From positions 6,262,001-6,326,000 of the forward strand of contig NC_073416.1 in assembly GCF_028641065.1 (NCBI RefSeq): 64,000 nt of DNA, written 5' to 3'. This document shows positions 10,161 to 23,475 of this stretch, in pieces (position 1 is the first letter of the stretch; every line of letters begins with the position of its first letter). The notes under the pieces were generated by a model. That model saw only the letters and a program-made list of their open reading frames with translations. It was not told where the DNA came from and ran no database searches. A program made the translations under genes and the position numbers. Origin of the DNA: Leucoraja erinacea. Lineage: Eukaryota.

Positions 10161-13100
10161 GAGTAGTTGTCTTTTTAAAGAAAGGGGTTTACAACACAAG
10201 AACTATCCTATCATCATGAAGTGACATTGTGAAATTTACTGTGTTGTTACTGAAGGTGTGCTTGAAAGAATATGAATGCTGTTAATGTCCCTGAGCAGGG
10301 AATTATAGAACAGAGGGTATATCTAAATTACTGTACAGACAGGAAGCTATCAGGAAAAAAAAAAGGCAAATGGAGATAAATTACTTGGCTTTTTTCAATA
10401 TTTTAATATTCTTCAAAATCAGGGTTTGAATGTTAGAATTCACTCATTAATTGGAAAAAAAATCCCCATGAGCTTACTTAATTATTAATCATATTTTACA
10501 ACAGTTACATAAAATTTATAACCTGCTGTTTTTAAAATGCTTGCTAATTGCAAATGCTTTAAGAATAATATAATGGGTTGTTTTGATGGGACAAAAATGT
10601 GTTTGTTTTTTTTTAATTTCTTTAAGTTCATGAAAAACATAAGCAAGTTTACATTTTACAGCAGTGAATTTTTAATCTAGCTGCTTGAATCTACCTTTTC
10701 TGAAGTAGGATGGATTTTTGTCGTTCTTAAAACTTCCTTTTTTTTTAAACTGCTCCCCATACCATCACCCACCCTACACTCTCACTACACAACTCCTCAA
10801 AATAAATTGGAAGTTTACTTTGAAAAATTGTGAAATAAGAAAGTGCCATCATGGGGGACTTTACTGGAAATCTTATTTTGTAGCCAATAGATCTTATCAC
10901 AGATCGTGTTTGGTCACGCAGCAAAGTTTAAAACCCTACCCTGCCACTCCAAATAGTATATAATATTTCCGTAATCTTTGTAATCTTTTTCACATGATCC
11001 CAAACCAGCAACATAATGGCACTTTCAAAATATGTATACATAGATTAAATTGTCTTTCAAGACAATTTAACTCTTTTAAGATGACTATATCAATGAGCAA
11101 ATTGATTTTGTCACAAAGGACAATCATCAGCAGAATGAAAATTTGTACACACAACTGATCATTATCATCCTTTTATTTTGCAAAATAAATGCTAGAATAT
11201 TCAGCAATTTAATTTTTTAATTAGTTTGGATTCACTTCATATTTTTGCCTTGCCCACACACAAGCTGATTTTGGGTACATGCCCTTCTTTACGATTGTTG
11301 CATCGCATTTTAGATTTGCAAGTATCTGAAATTTCAATAGTATTTTTTATAAAGACGTAGAATAACATTTTATGGTACAGGTACTAGCAGTTTTTTTCCC
11401 CACAAAATATGTTGCAGAACTTGCCTGAAAAGGAAAAAATAGTTGTCCAATAAACCTTTGTGGAAAATGCAACACTGGTCCTTAATTTTCACATAACATC
11501 TAAAGCCCTCTTGCTAGTCTCAGTAACTCGGCACTTTTCATTTATTAGCGAGGAACAAAGACGCAGAAGGAAAGAATATAATTTTGAAGATTTATCAGTT
11601 GGCATAATAATTTGCATTTGGAGAATTTGAAAGGCTTAAGCCACATCTTTGATGGTTTTTGATGCCTCATCAAACTCTACAAACCAGAATTTCACAAGAA
11701 CAAGTTCTGAATGTTCACGAGAAGATATTTGTGGTTTTGCCATGTAATCTTTTGAAAACATCATATTTTAAACTAAGTTCAGGAAATCTGCCAACAATCC
11801 TTTATTATTCATTTCTAGGGTTGTCTGAGTCTTCCACTCAGTGTACATAAAAGTGGCAGCAGTAACAATAATTCTTCGAGATTTTTCTACTTTGCTGCAT
11901 GAAACACTTAAGTCGGCGAACAATTTTGGTGGGAAGAAAAGCAGAGTTCTGTTTCTTAATTTATTTTCTGTTGACCCTTTTTATTGTAATCTCTAAACTA
12001 AAACTCAACTTGCTTAGAAAATCCAATGGTCCCAATGCTGATATTGTGAGGAATAGTGGAGCAATGGGCTCACAAAACATGAGAGTTGCAACTCCCAATC
12101 CACACTAGCATACAAATACAGCACTGGGTAAATTCTGTCCATTTCCTGTCGAAGCTGCTACAAATGATTATTAGATTATTCAAATATTAGCTTCTTGAAA
12201 GATGAAGGGATGTATGAATATTTCTACCTCACGAAGTTAATCACTAGGACATCCACTGGTAGCACCCACAAAATGAGCACAGACCTTGTCGATCACATGG
12301 CTGCAGTAAAAGCAGCATGAGGCAGAAGGAAGAGGAAAAGATACAAAAAATAAAATAGCTGTGATTTAATAACAATAAATGAACTGAAAGACTAATGTCC
12401 ATTTTGCACTCCGCATTGTGCTAAGCCTAATATTATAAATTCTACTGATTTGACAATTTATTCCTTATTGTGAATTCCTTCGACTGCAGTGAATGGTAAC
12501 TGGAACACAAAATAAGTAGGGGAATATTCCAATAGCATTTAGTTAATGAAGATTACTGTAAATGATTTCCCTGTAACAAACCTCTGGATTTGCACACATG
12601 GATTTTTTTTTTTTACAAGGTGTGTGGGATTTATGCTTTGTGGTGAAGTTTTTGGAAATTGATTTTAGAAGGAAGAATACTGCCCCAATTTGTTTTGGAA
12701 TGGAAGTTCCCCCTCACATCCCCCTCCCCGTCACCTGAAATAAAGTGTTCATTTAACATTGCCACCAGTACTAGGATCAGTTCTTGTATTCAAGGGCAAA
12801 CAGTTTGGACTTTTTTGCCCCGTTAAAAGCAACTTCTTGTGTGTAATCACTTTGGTCTTTTCAAGCACATTTTTTTTTTGAATTGGGAGTGATGCTACAG
12901 TTGTTAAAGTAGTGCATCTTTGTGGTATTGTTCAGGCATTATATTTTGAATAAAATAAAATTTGAAAAGTGACACAGCATTATTCAGTGAAAGTTTAAAT
13001 GGGTTGTCGTTGCATTTGATAAAATTCATGGCACATCAAATGGAAGTAGACTTAAAATGGCAAAACTCTGTTCATTCTTAAAATATTTTAATGTAATTTA

Positions 13101-14159
13101 GAATGCAGGTGGCCTCCTTACCTCAAACTTTGCACGGAATTGACATTAGTGCAAGTCAGTCATTTGAATTCTCTGAATTGTTCAGTGCTTAAATTTCCCC
13201 TTTTATAATCTTTGTACCACTATAATTATTTCTGTGCCTTCTCAAGCAAGATGCCAAAGGAGACAGAAGCCTCTGGGAAACAGACTTGCTGAAATTGTCA
13301 TGGGTGACATACCAAAGGTGGTGAATGGGATGCTGCTGTGATACTTTCACATCCAACCCATCACTCGGGAAATAAAATTGGCAGTTAATTCAATTGTGTT
13401 GTTTTTTTGAATTTGAAACTTTATTAAATTTAAGGCCAAGTTAAATTTACCATATGAGATTTTTGAGTTGTTTTTTTATTTGTTAATTGTCTGCTTTAAA
13501 ATAAAATGTGCTCAGACACACGGCACATGATTGCTAAAGCACTTGTGACCAAAATGAATTAACTTCTACAAGTTACAGAAACACAATACCAACGCCCTAT
13601 CTGCACACACAAGTATGTACGTGCTAGACTTTACAATATATACTTTATGTACTCTTTGGTTGTTATAATAGGTTAATGTAAAGGTTCAAATTACCTTCAT
13701 GTTTACCAGTGTTTGTAACTTGGCGAGATCAACAAAGACAAAAGAAAAATAATAAATCCTACACAAATTGAATTGTGACAAGTTTCCTCTCATGCCAAAT
13801 GGACAAGTGACGTGATATGTATTTGGTCCGCTGTAGGTGGTAACCCACAATAAAAATCTACAATGGTTTTAACCAAAACCTAAAAGGATATTTATACGCA
13901 CTAAACCGATTCTTTGATCCCTCATTTGGTCCTATGTTCTCCACAGCCTAAAATTTCACTAATAATAACTATTGCTGCTAATATTACTCTGTAATGGCAT
14001 ACCTGTTGTGATGTCCTTTGGTTTTTGTCTTCCCTGAGCGATTCTTCAAGACAATACAATCAAGAAATAAGAATCAGTCCCCCTACCATGCAACAAAAGC
14101 ATCCATAGCTCCAACACCTTGATGAAGTAAAAAAATCACATGCCACTCATTTACAATTG

Positions 14160-14379
14160 TTTAAGAAGGAACTGCAGATGCTGGAAAATCGAAGGTAGAC
14201 AAATGTGCTGGAGAAACTCAGCGGGTGCAGCAGTATCTATGGAGCGAAGGAAATAGGCAACGTTTCGGGCCGAAACCCTTCTTCAGTCTGAAGAAGGGTT
14301 TCGGCCCGAAACGTTGCTTATTTCTTTCGCTCCATAGATGCTGCTGCACCCGCTGTGTTTCTCCAGCACTTTTGTCTGC
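14160..14379. mobile_element. Penelope-derived palindromic repeat
   Basis: Two inverted arms meeting at ...cccttcttcag-t-ctgaagaaggg... (centre 14287). Confidence 0.8.
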
Positions 14380-14696
14380 ACTCATTTACAACATCGCTCT
14401 GCTTAACTCTGGTACCTCAATTTGAGTCAACATTAAAGGGATTCATATATATTTGGCAGTTTTGAGATGTTGTGGTGGGATCTTAAGTGAAACGAAACTG
14501 ACCAAGCTCAACCTAGTTTTCAGTCAGCACTTTCTTGACACACCTTCTAGATTGTGGATAGGTCTGGGGAGCCAATTGCCGTGAGATTCACAGTGCCCGA
14601 TCCACTCTAGTGCGCATGGTAATTTGGCGTAGCAGGCTCATTTAAGTTTGCAGTCAGTGAACCATAGGATGAAAATAGGGATCGCCATCGGCCACA

Positions 14697-15080
14697 AACA
14701 TAAACATAGAAACATAGAAATTAGGTGCAGGAGTAGGCCATTCGGCCCTTCGAGCCTGCACCGCCATTCAATATGATCATGGCTAATCATCCAACTCAGT
14801 ATCCCGTACCTGCCTTCTCTCCATACCCCCTGATCCCCTTAGCCACAAGGGCCACATCTAACTCCCTCTTAAATATAGCCAATGAACTGGCCTCAACTAC
14901 CCTCTGTGGCACGGAGTTCCAGAGATTCACCACTCTCTGTGTGAAAAAAGTTCTTCTCATCTCAGTTTTAAAGGATTTCCCCCTTATCCTTAAGCTGTGA
15001 CCACTTGTCCTGGACTTCCCTAACATCGGGAACAATCTTCCTGCATCTAGCCTGTCCAACCCCTTAAGAATTTTGTAAGT
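14697..15080 (-). mobile_element. CR1-type LINE 3' fragment
   Basis: ORF 14796-15059 (DRLDAGRLFPMLG...GHSLRIRG...FFTQRVVNLWNS) and (atgtttct)n tail. Confidence 0.9.
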
Positions 15081-16235
15081 TTATGATATAAATGGGTTAT
15101 AAATGGGCCTGCCGCCTCAAGATACTGTGGGCATTAGTGTAGGTCAGGCATTGTCGACCCCAAGGCCACTAGAGTGGGTTAGACACTGAATTCTATGGCA
15201 AGTGACTTCCCAACTTTGTTGGGGAGAATCATTGCCTGATTGTGCAGTGGGAACAAAAAATTGCCACTTATTAGTGCATATCTGAACTCTGTCTAGATCA
15301 TGCTTTATCATAGGGTTTGTAAATGGAATTAAACATTGGTGTAATTCAAATATCCCCACTTCCAACCTTGTACTGGACAGAAGCTGAGGATCGTTGGGCT
15401 GAGAAAACTACACAGAGGGACACCTACATCGATGAGGTGAAGCCGAGATAATTCACTGCCAACAACGATAACTATCTTCCTTCGTTGGGATGATTCAAAC
15501 TAGTGGAGAATTTCCCCCTCAATTCTAGTACAATGTCTAAATTAACTGTTCAAAAACATTACCCATAGTCAATTGATCCTTCAACAACAGTGATGCTTCT
15601 TAAATTCTCAAAGGTGCAAATTTAAAAACATTTTACCCACCAATTATTTTAATGTGGAATTGAAAATAAATGAGAGGTCAATAGATGGTGCAAGCTAAAA
15701 TTAAAATGTCCTTTATTGTTCTTCATTTGACAGCATTTCATACAAATAAGTGCAAATACTTTTATTTCCTTTTAAACAAAGCGTTTTCTTGGACTTAATT
15801 AAGATCTACCGCGCTGGAACCCAGCATCAATTGAAACATTAACCTACTGTTTAGAAGAATTTTCTAAAGGTAAATACATGTTTTAAAAACCTGTCAAACA
15901 CAGCATAGCAAACAATATGTACAATATGTACATAATATTAATCCTATCAATTTATAAGATGATGCTGTTTGCAGTACTGGTTGTTCATTTTAATATCCTT
16001 AAATAGAGCAAAGTATAAGAACATCAAAATCATCTGTGGTTTGGTTCTTACATTTACAAATAAGCTCTATGGAAGTGGTAGGAAAATAATTGCCAATGAA
16101 CATTTTGAGTTTTGGACATTAGGGTGTATGCTTTGGAATAATGTTAATGTGATGACTTGTGTCCAGGAGGAGGTATCTAGTTTCAGCAGTGGAACCTCCT
16201 GAGTATGGCCCAACTGACAGCAGGAACTTGAACTA

Positions 16236-18060
16236 AAAACAAAAAATGTTGGAAACACTCAGCAGGTCAGGCAGCATCTGTGGAGAAAGGGAGGTAGGGT
16301 TAATGTTTTAGATCTCTGACATTTCATCAGAATCTAAAAGACATTACAGAACAACAGCTCCTGAAGAGGAACAGAGCCAGGGAAATGGGGTGGAAAAGAA
16401 ATGTCCATGCACACAAGGAAGATAACTTGTACACTGATGAGCTGGAGACCAAGAGTAAATTAAAGGGCAAAAGAAAACTCACTGTGTGAGATGATAAGAG
16501 AAAACAAAAAAAAAAATAAGAGAAACAAGAGAGGACAAAGCGCTGGAGTAACTCAGTGGGTCAGGCAGCATCTCTGGAGAACATGGATAGGTGATATTTC
16601 GGATCAGGACCCTTCTTCAGAATATCCACGTTCTCCAAAGATGCTGCCTAACCTGCTGAGTTTTTTGTAATCCAGCATCTGCAGATCCTCATTTCTACAG
16701 AAAAACAATAGACCCAGATATGTGTGAAAGATAAAAGCAGTGTTATGGAGAGGGAGAGATAAATAGAAGATGGCCCAAACAGAAGGAAGGCAAAGGCAGT
16801 TAGACGTACATACAGGTGGATTCACCTTTCATGCACTTGGTCAGAACCATCCTTGTTATCAGAAATACCAGTGCATCTATTCCAAATTACCTCTGCTATC
16901 TTGGGAGAAAATCAAAGCGGTCTTATGTTTTGAAGTTAAAAGACTAGTGTAAACCCAAAAGGGTTGAAAAGCATGAATTAGAAAGATGAGATGCTGTTTC
17001 ATGAACTTCCACTGGAGCAACACAAGAGGCCGTGTGAATAGAGATTGAAGAAGGAATAATATGGAGGTTTCAAGAGCAAAAATAACTGGAACCCGTGGGA
17101 CCAGACACAAAGGAAGCACTTAATAAAGAGATCACCCAAATCAGACTTCCAAATGCAGACCCCCATCCATTGTGGAAGCAAAAAGAGTATAAGACAAACT
17201 GTCTTACCTGGAACCTGTTTATCTGTTTGGAACTGTGTACAATAGAATGGAAACATTCATAGACTTGAATGTAAAGATGAACAAGGTTTATGGATGGAAG
17301 AGCTGTGGTTTAAGGTGTCACAAGGGAATTGTCCCTTCAAAATTGTAACAGCAAGGGGTGGGAAATATTTTTTGCTGTTGGGGAGATAGAAGGCATGTCA
17401 TGTTGGAAGTGGCAGAGATTGTTCTGTCAAATGGTGATGGGGTGCAAGGTGAATTTTGAGATAGATAAGTGGAGTAAGTGCAGGAAGTAGGGTGGATTTG
17501 ATTTACAAGATTCTGTAACAACAGAATGCAGTCTCTGGAAGAGAAAACCAGGTAGATATTTCAGAAGCTCTGGCATCATCAGGGTGGAGACAACTGAAAA
17601 AGAAAGACGCAGTTGGATGAAGTATAAAATTGAGGTAGCTTTGGAAGTCACTAGGCTTACAGTAATCAACTGACAATCATTCACCAGATTTGAGATACAG
17701 ATGCATTAAGGATGAAGTGTATTAAAGTAAGCAGCATGTGAATGAAGGTTAAAAGCAAATTTATTGATTGATTAATTTCTGTAATACAAGTAGGAACAGG
17801 AAAAAAACCCAGAAAGATCGGGGCAGAGTATGAATGGAAGAACATTAATTGGGTGATAGTAAAAAATCTGGCACAACGAGAATCCATGTGGACTCTCCTG
17901 GTAACTTCTACTATTTGGAAGAAATGTGGAAAATTCAGCCAGAAAGAGGAAAGTGGGGGTGGAAAAAGATTGCAGTCACTGACCAAGGAAGTGAATCGAT
18001 TACCAAAAAGCTATCCAGGTCTTCTTTTTAAACATTGAGGATCACAATAGTGAGGAGGTC
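16236..18060 (-). mobile_element. Highly degraded Penelope-like element with a nested short repeat (~16530-16700)
   Basis: KFMKQHLIF...QP remnant of the GIY-YIG C-terminus in ORF 16877-17119, purine-rich spacer and terminal repeat; boundaries approximate. Confidence 0.5.
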
Positions 18061-19164
18061 TTTTGAGATTAAGTTATCGAATGAACGACTGCAGGTGCCA
18101 ACATTAGAGCATCGTTCACCAAGGCTGAGGTATATCACACCTTCTGCAGAAATTTGTAAAGCAAATCTTGTGTAAAAAGCATGACATTAATTTGAAAATC
18201 TCAAGTGAATTTTTACTGTAATTTGTTCTGTAATATTAAACACTTCCGCCTTGGCTCAGGTGCTTAAGTACAGCAATTAGAAACCTTTGTTATAAATATT
18301 GTTATTATTAAGGGAGTAAAGTTGAGTATTTCATGAGCAGATATGAAGGCAAAGCATAGTTAAGTGTACGTGATGCACCGTAGATTTTGAAAGACATTCT
18401 TTCATCTGACTGATATTTCTTTTGAACATTACCATGAGAGCTGCGGTTTTTGTTGCCATGCAAGGTTATTTTGCTTCAAATTGTATATCAATTACTCAGA
18501 AATATTTATGTCGTTGGTCTTTTTATTCCAGCATTGTCTAGGTCAGGAAATGGTTGGTTCATAATGACCATTTAGAAAAATAATTCTTTCATTTTACACA
18601 CAGGAATAAATAAATCATTCGAGCAACCAAGTAAATAGTTTTAACAGCAAATTAGCTTAATAGGCAATGCTGAATTTTTTTTTTTAATGTGATAAATCAC
18701 ATTTTTATTCAGTGCATCAACCTTTACCAAATTATCAGTGAACCTCATGTAACAGTAAGTTTCAATAATTATACAAATATCAGCCGTTATTAATTCTTGT
18801 CCCAAGCAGGCATTTACGAAGGACAAAATAAAGTTGTCACCATTGGAGACAAAAATTATTTTATAAAAATGTAGCTCAATTGTTTTTCATAGACAGAATA
18901 TTAAATTAAACAAATAATTAGAGAAAAAAAATTGGACAGAATTCAACCTGCCAGGAATCAAAAAATCAAATTTACAAATATGATACATAATAAGAAAATT
19001 CTTAATCTAAGCAAATGGTTTTACATTTCAGTTTTTTCTGACTGTACAATTTTCTGACAATTTATCAGTACTGGTTTCGCGATTCCTGTTTTATGCAAAT
19101 ATGTCATATTCAAACCCATTATATCCAACAGACTTCTACGGTACATTGAATATTTTTGCAGCTC

Positions 19165-19650
19165 TATGAAAGGCCACATTTGGAATATGGCGTGCAGGTC
19201 TGGTACCCCATTACAGGAAGATGTGGAGGCTTTGGAAAGGGTGTAGAAGAGGGTTACCAGGATTCTACCTGAATTAGAGGATATTAGCTGTAAGGAGAGG
19301 TTGGACAAAACTAGATTATTTTCTCTAGAACGTCAGAGGCTGAGGGGAGATCTGATAATCTCTAACCTTAGGAGAGACCGTCAGAACCTTTTCTCCCTCC
19401 AGGGTGAAAATGTCAAATACTGGGGGCTTAGCTACAAGGTCAGAGGGGGGAAAGTTTAAAGGAGATGTGTGGGGTAAGTTTTTGTGTGGGGTGCACTGCC
19501 AGGGGTGTTAGTGGAAGCAGAAACAATAGTGGCTTTTTAAATGGTTTTTAGATAGGCACATGAATTTGCTGAGAATGGAGGGAGGATTAGTTTAATTTGG
19601 CACAGACACCGTGTCCCAAGGGGCCTGTTGCTGTTCTGTCTATGTTCCAA
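19165..19650 (+). mobile_element. Degenerate CR1-type LINE 3' fragment
   Basis: ccacatttggaatatggcgtgcaggtctggtacccc...gaggctgaggggagatctgata, similar to the CR1 copies. Confidence 0.75.
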
Positions 19651-21132
19651 TACTCTTAATTCCTCATATATGTCAATCATATATCTGACAGACTAGTTTG
19701 AAAAGTCCTTAAAAATAGTGCATCATCTAGCATTTGCACTATTTTAACTGTTGCTGTTACCATTACTTGGTGATATTATTAGTTTACAGTAAAGTCCACC
19801 TTATGCTTAAATGAAACAAACTGGGTCAGCCTCTTGGTTTTGAATGTTTTACAACTATATAGACAATATTGTACTTGAGCTAATTTCAGTCAAGGGAATC
19901 CTGGAGGTTTGCAATGGTAGCATAGGGAAATGTTGCGGAAGGTTGCCCAGAGATTCCCTCCACTCCACCACTCCCTTCATTACCTTAATGTAAATTGTAG
20001 CACAGCAGCTGAAGAGCTATTACAAATATCTAGTAGCATAACAATGGAAACACTGCAAATAATACATTTGATCATTTAAGTGTCTTTCAATTGTGCAAGA
20101 TTAGTTCATTGGTTCTAATTTCCAGACCTCAAGAACGTGACGAGCATCATTTGAAATGAAAGCTACTCTATACAAGTTGGAGACAAGGTTAACTAAAAAG
20201 CAACAATTGAGGATAAATCCCCCCCAATAACTAGCTGATGAAACAGCTATGTAACTAACCTTTGGGTTCAATGTCACAGCTACTCCTTGAAAAATAGTCA
20301 AGGAGCACTGAAATTGAACTGCTGCAGTCACATCAGGAGTGTCAACAGTGAATAACTAAAAGCCATATACACTGTTAACTAATTGGTAGGTAATTTTGGC
20401 ACGGTTCAGGAAAATGAATCATCTGGTCACGTGGGTCAGAACATTGAACGCAAAGTCCCAATAGATTCTATCTTAATCTACGGATTTCCAGCAGTTAATC
20501 AAAGTTAAAGAAAAAAAAGATAAACTGTGTTCAAAATGGCTTTAAGGTTCTTATCTGGTTTGAAGCCAAACTAGCCAGGAAAGGCTAGTGCTGCTCTCAG
20601 TGGAGCTGGTTACGAGCTTGCTTTGAAAAGGAGAAAGGATTTTCAGTGTGAATGTGCACGTACCCTACCTTGAACAGCTTGGCTCAGCAAATGTCAAAGA
20701 TAATGTGCAAACACTTCCATTCTGGTCCCAAATGGGACATCTCAAACTGTTTTAGATTAAAATGTTCCACACAGTTCATCAGGCAATTGATACATTTCTT
20801 GAACCTGCATACAAATTACAGTATTTTGTTGAAATAGAATGTCCATTTTCACCCAAGGGTCTGAAAAAAGTTTGCATTTCTTGCATTGCTGACCCAAGCT
20901 GCATGCAGAAGAACTGTTTTGACAGTTGTTTTTTTTACCGACTTTACTCAACTACCTTTATCCAATTCAATCCTCATTTCCCTTATTGCCTTTTCTGTCA
21001 CCATCAAGTAAACATGAAGAAATGTGCCTTGCTGAAGCTTGGGTGAATTCACAGCTCAAGAGAAGGGACACCATGCCATCAAACAGCTGCAGGCTAGATG
21101 CAGAGTCACATTCCATCTGTGTTTTCTGGACC

Positions 21133-21290
21133 AAAGATAGACACAAAATGCTGGAGTATCTCAGCGGGACAGGCAGCATCTCTGGAGAGAAGGAATGGCA
21201 CCTTCTCTCCAGAGATGCTGCCTATCCTGCTGAGTTACTCAAGCATTTTGTGTCTATCTTTTGGTTTAAACCAGCATCTGCAGTTCATTC
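21133..21290. mobile_element. Penelope-derived palindromic repeat, probably within the ZC3H10 3' UTR
   Basis: aaagatagacacaaaatgctggag...ctctggagagaagg / ccttctctccagag...cattttgtgtctatcttt. Confidence 0.75.
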
Positions 21291-22278
21291 ATATCCATTA
21301 TGTTTGCTTGACCTCATGCACAGAAGGGCATCCTTCCTGAATGTGGGTGTCCTCCATCCACTTCTATGAAACTGACTCCAGTAAGAATGCCAACCTGTGG
21401 ACTTTTGTGTTGGACACTGCTATCCATCAGTAAAAAGAGTTCAAATTTCTTTACCTCATATCATTCCTGTAGATGGCAAAGAGCCCATTGTTGTGGATTT
21501 GAACAGATTCTTTCATACACTGAGCATCCAGTGCGACAAGAATGACAAAGCTGAAAGTACTTTAGGTTCAGTCAGAAAGAAAATCTTTGCAATGGCTTCC
21601 AAGTTAGACACTTTGGTAATGCAATGTATTTTTCTCATGTTGTGAGGATTAAATTGTAATATGTGGATATTAAAGTTTAAAAAGCATTTGTATTCATCAA
21701 GGGCCATCTCATCTTCAAAACGTTTCACACAAAGAATTACATTCCGACGTGCAATGGCTACTACCTGGGAAAACACAGAAATTCATTCAGCGCCAGTAAC
21801 ATCCACAAAAATGTTTCAAAGTAATCCTTTTTTGCTCGTTGTTGCTAGAGAAATTTACAATTTCATGTGCTACTAGATTTCAGCTTTGCGTCAAGAAAGC
21901 AAACGGTCGAGTGTGGGAGACAAAGGAGAAAAGTAGATCTGAATATTTGCGCAGCATCGCAGCCCAGTGATTTGTTTATTCCAACACATAAACCTTTATA
22001 CATAAAAAAACGTTTGTGTCATTTGCACTCATTTTAAGTTAAATTAGACAAGGAATTAACAAGAGTTGATGAGCTAAGCATAATAATAGGAGGGGAAAAA
22101 ACAAATGGTCAGAATATACAATGAATTGGAGAGGAATCGTTTATAGACACAAAAAGAACTAAAGGCTGGGTCAGAATCCTATTTGGCTTTGGCGTGCATA
22201 TTTATATAACACACGTCATTGGAAGCAACATGGGAACGCTGAATTTCTTCTCTTTATATTTCTTTCTATCAATGCTTT

Positions 22279-23475
22279 TCAGTGAGGAATTGCCGTTATT
22301 CTCATACTCTGTGACGCAATTGGATATGTAACCATTGGAGTGGTGGCATGGCTTATGGTGATTCCTGGCAGTGCTTGTGCAATTGACACTGCCACTGGTG
22401 CAACAGAAACAGCCACCGGGGCCATGGATACTGGAGGTGCCATTCCCTGGGCGATGGTCTGGGCCAGTGCAGCAGGGAGGGAAGCAATTTCCGGGTTAAG
22501 ATGTTGTGCTGTTGGTGCAGCATTGCTAGGCGGTGCAGCAGAAGCAGTTGCCACTAGATCTTGCTGGATGACTGGTCGTGGTTGAAGTGCATGGCTACTC
22601 AATGTGGTGTGAGTCTGTGCTATACCATGGTTGTAATTGGTCAGCGTAGCCACAGCTGGTGCTGCCAGTATTTGCTCTGTGGCTGTGGGAGTGGAAGTCA
22701 GTGTCACCACCTTGGTTTGGTTGCGGAAATGTGCATTTTGCTCCAAGAGCACCTCATTAGTTGCCATCAAATTCGAGATCTGCTTTTTCAGTTCCTCAAC
22801 TCGCTTTCGGAGCATCAGATTCTCCTCTTCTAGAAATCGATAGTCCACAGGACGCGAGTTTGAGATGCTAAAATCATAACTTTCAAATCGTAAGCCATCC
22901 ACTCTTCTCCTCTTTAGAATATGGTCATAGTCAATATAGCGATCAGTCTCATAGAGGTCATCAAATGGGTCGTATCGTCGCACGACAGGAGAGAGCACTT
23001 GATCTCGTGCCAATCTCTCCAAAGTTCTATTTTCATACTCGTATTCATCACGTTTTAAGTGCCGAAATTTACATTTAGATCCTCGTTGACAGTCCCCTTT
23101 CAGGTAATCTCGGCAGATTGGAACCTCGCCTTTTTTAAAAGAAAGGTCAGAAGGTGAAAGGCCAAGACCCATGGCCACCGTAAGGCGTAGACGTTGGGGA
23201 AGCTCTCCTGATTTTTTGTAATGTTCCTCATCTTCCTTTGTCCCATGAATAAACTTGCAGTTGATACGAGTGCACTCCTTGTTCTGATAATCATGGCAAA
23301 AGACAAACTCATTTTTTTTAACACCCAAGTCGGACACCTCGTTAATGTCGGGGTGGTAGAACTTGCAGCGCTTGCCACGTTTGCAGACATTGCGCAGGAA
23401 GTCACGGCAAATATCATCTGAGCTGTGGCCAGCCTCGTCATTACCTCTGTTAAATAAATTATCTTTATCCGGCAT
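22279..23475 (-). CDS. ZC3H10: Zinc finger CCCH domain-containing protein 10 (398 aa, single coding exon)
   Basis: MPDKDN...CRDFLRNVCKRGKRCKFYH, CHDYQNKECTRINCKFIH, CRDYLKGDCQRGSKCKFRH, KRRR basic motif, coiled coil LEEENLMLRKRVEELKKQISNL, C-terminus VTYPIASQSMRITAIPH. True ATG at 23475 (the track starts at an upstream GTG); acceptor-like AGs near 23508 and 23523. Confidence 0.96.
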   Translation of the reverse strand: MPDKDNLFNRGNDEAGHSSDDICRDFLRNVCKRGKRCKFYHPDINEVSDLGVKKNEFVFCHDYQNKECTRINCKFIHGTKEDEEHYKKSGELPQRLRLTVAMGLGLSPSDLSFKKGEVPICRDYLKGDCQRGSKCKFRHLKRDEYEYENRTLERLARDQVLSPVVRRYDPFDDLYETDRYIDYDHILKRRRVDGLRFESYDFSISNSRPVDYRFLEEENLMLRKRVEELKKQISNLMATNEVLLEQNAHFRNQTKVVTLTSTPTATEQILAAPAVATLTNYNHGIAQTHTTLSSHALQPRPVIQQDLVATASAAPPSNAAPTAQHLNPEIASLPAALAQTIAQGMAPPVSMAPVAVSVAPVAVSIAQALPGITISHATTPMVTYPIASQSMRITAIPH

